From Candidatus Vampirococcus lugosii (GTDB taxonomy: Bacteria; Patescibacteriota; Gracilibacteria; Absconditabacterales; Absconditicoccaceae), in contig NZ_JAEDAM010000097.1 in assembly GCF_018420025.1 (NCBI RefSeq), forward strand, positions 1 through 24,490: DNA of 24,490 nucleotides, written 5' to 3'. The position numbers were made by a program, and so were the translations under genes. Shown here one piece after another: positions 23,893 to 24,490 of this stretch (position 1 is the first letter of the stretch; every line of letters begins with the position of its first letter). A model generated the notes under the pieces. The model did no database searches and was not told where the DNA came from. It saw nothing but the letters and a program-made list of their open reading frames with translations.

Positions 23893-23931
23893 AAAGTTAG
23901 TATTTTTTTATTTTATATACTAACTTTTTTT
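23893..23931 (+). terminator. Rho-independent terminator-like hairpin downstream of the recombinase
   Basis: AAAGTTAGTAT (23893..23903) pairs perfectly with ATACTAACTTT (23917..23927) and is followed by a T-run. Confidence 0.6.
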
Positions 23932-24206
23932 ATATGCAAGAACAAAATCATCTACAAAACATACTTTACAATCATCTTTGTAAATAAAAAATAGCAAAAA
24001 CAAGTTAAGAACTGAAGAAAAAGAATTTAAAAACGCATTTTGTAGTGGCGAGTATTATTGTATTTTCTCTTGAAATTATGATTTTTTTATTATAATAAAA
24101 TATATTGTTTCTTGTATTTAAAAAATTCCTCGCAAATATAATTAAAAAACTTATGTAGCTCATTATCTTATTGAATCTTTTAGAGATAAAGATACAAAAA
24201 AGTAAA

Positions 24207-24371
24207 ACATATAAATAAAGTAGAACAAATAAATGAGCTTCAAGAAAAATTATTTAAATTATTTAAAATAAAATTATAAAATTTGTGTAGTACACAAATC
24301 TATTTTTATTTTCTTGCAAATCCTTGTCTAAATCAAGGATTTAGAAATTTTGTTCTACAAAGATGAGTTTA
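24207..24371 (+). mobile_element. Truncated IS remnant: copy C of the IS right end (last ~23 transposase codons, stop at 24277..24279, terminal hairpin 24318..24342)
   Basis: Near-identical to 519..682 (4 differences by manual alignment). Sequence upstream of 24207 shows at most patchy, gapped resemblance to 340..518, so the transposase body is missing or decayed. Confidence 0.8.
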
Positions 24372-24385
24372 ATGTATATTAAAAT

Positions 24386-24490
24386 TTATTCATTACGATT
24401 AAAAATTCATGAGTAATATTCTTCTTCCCATTTTTCATCTTCTTTTTTAGATTCTCAATTTTTAAAATCATTTATATTCCCATATACTAT
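24386..24490 (-). CDS. 3' end of a hypothetical CDS that continues beyond the right window edge
   Basis: Minus-strand frame is open from the window edge to TAA at complement 24386..24388 (105 nt, two TGA=Gly). Translation: ..IVYGNINDFKNGESKKEDEKWEEEYYSGIFNRNE. Too short to assign. Confidence 0.35.

Overview
Very AT-rich bacterial chromosomal window, roughly three-quarters A+T by eye. It is only interpretable if UGA is read as glycine (translation table 25), which points to an Absconditabacteria (SR1) or Gracilibacteria-type Patescibacteria/CPR genome. The supplied standard-code ORF track is therefore fragmentary, and several of its ORFs are antisense artefacts.

Reading TGA as Gly gives about 20 tightly packed CDSs, all ending in TAA or TAG. 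Left to right they are:
- the 3' part of an IS1634/IS4-like transposase with its right end
- a type IV pilin-like protein
- an RluD-like pseudouridine synthase
- a 747-aa membrane protein with PKD repeats
- a small membrane protein
- an operon of a CooC/MinD-class P-loop ATPase and a cysteine-synthase-like PLP enzyme fused to a rhodanese domain
- a secreted 3D-domain plus peptidoglycan-binding protein
- murD and rsmG (overlapping by 8 nt)
- a long minus-strand block, listed right to left: acidic-repeat lipoprotein, small secreted protein, membrane-anchored TPR protein, nrdG, pheT, proB-like kinase, leuS, GNAT-like protein
- a tyrosine recombinase followed immediately by a GC-rich tRNA-3'-end-like palindrome, a terminator hairpin, a truncated second copy of the IS right end, and a partial minus-strand CDS at the right edge

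I could not support any rRNA gene, complete tRNA gene or CRISPR array.

Most notable observations:
- the UGA=Gly recoding itself, which also applies to the mobile-element genes
- a complete Nudix domain inserted inside LeuRS
- the ATPase plus CysK-rhodanese sulfur module
- near-identical 164/165-nt IS-end repeats bracketing about 23.5 kb, plus an orphan copy of their hairpin
- an integrase with a candidate tRNA-derived att remnant
- a compositionally foreign GC-rich 3' end on the pilin gene

All coordinates and translations were derived by eye and need computational confirmation.
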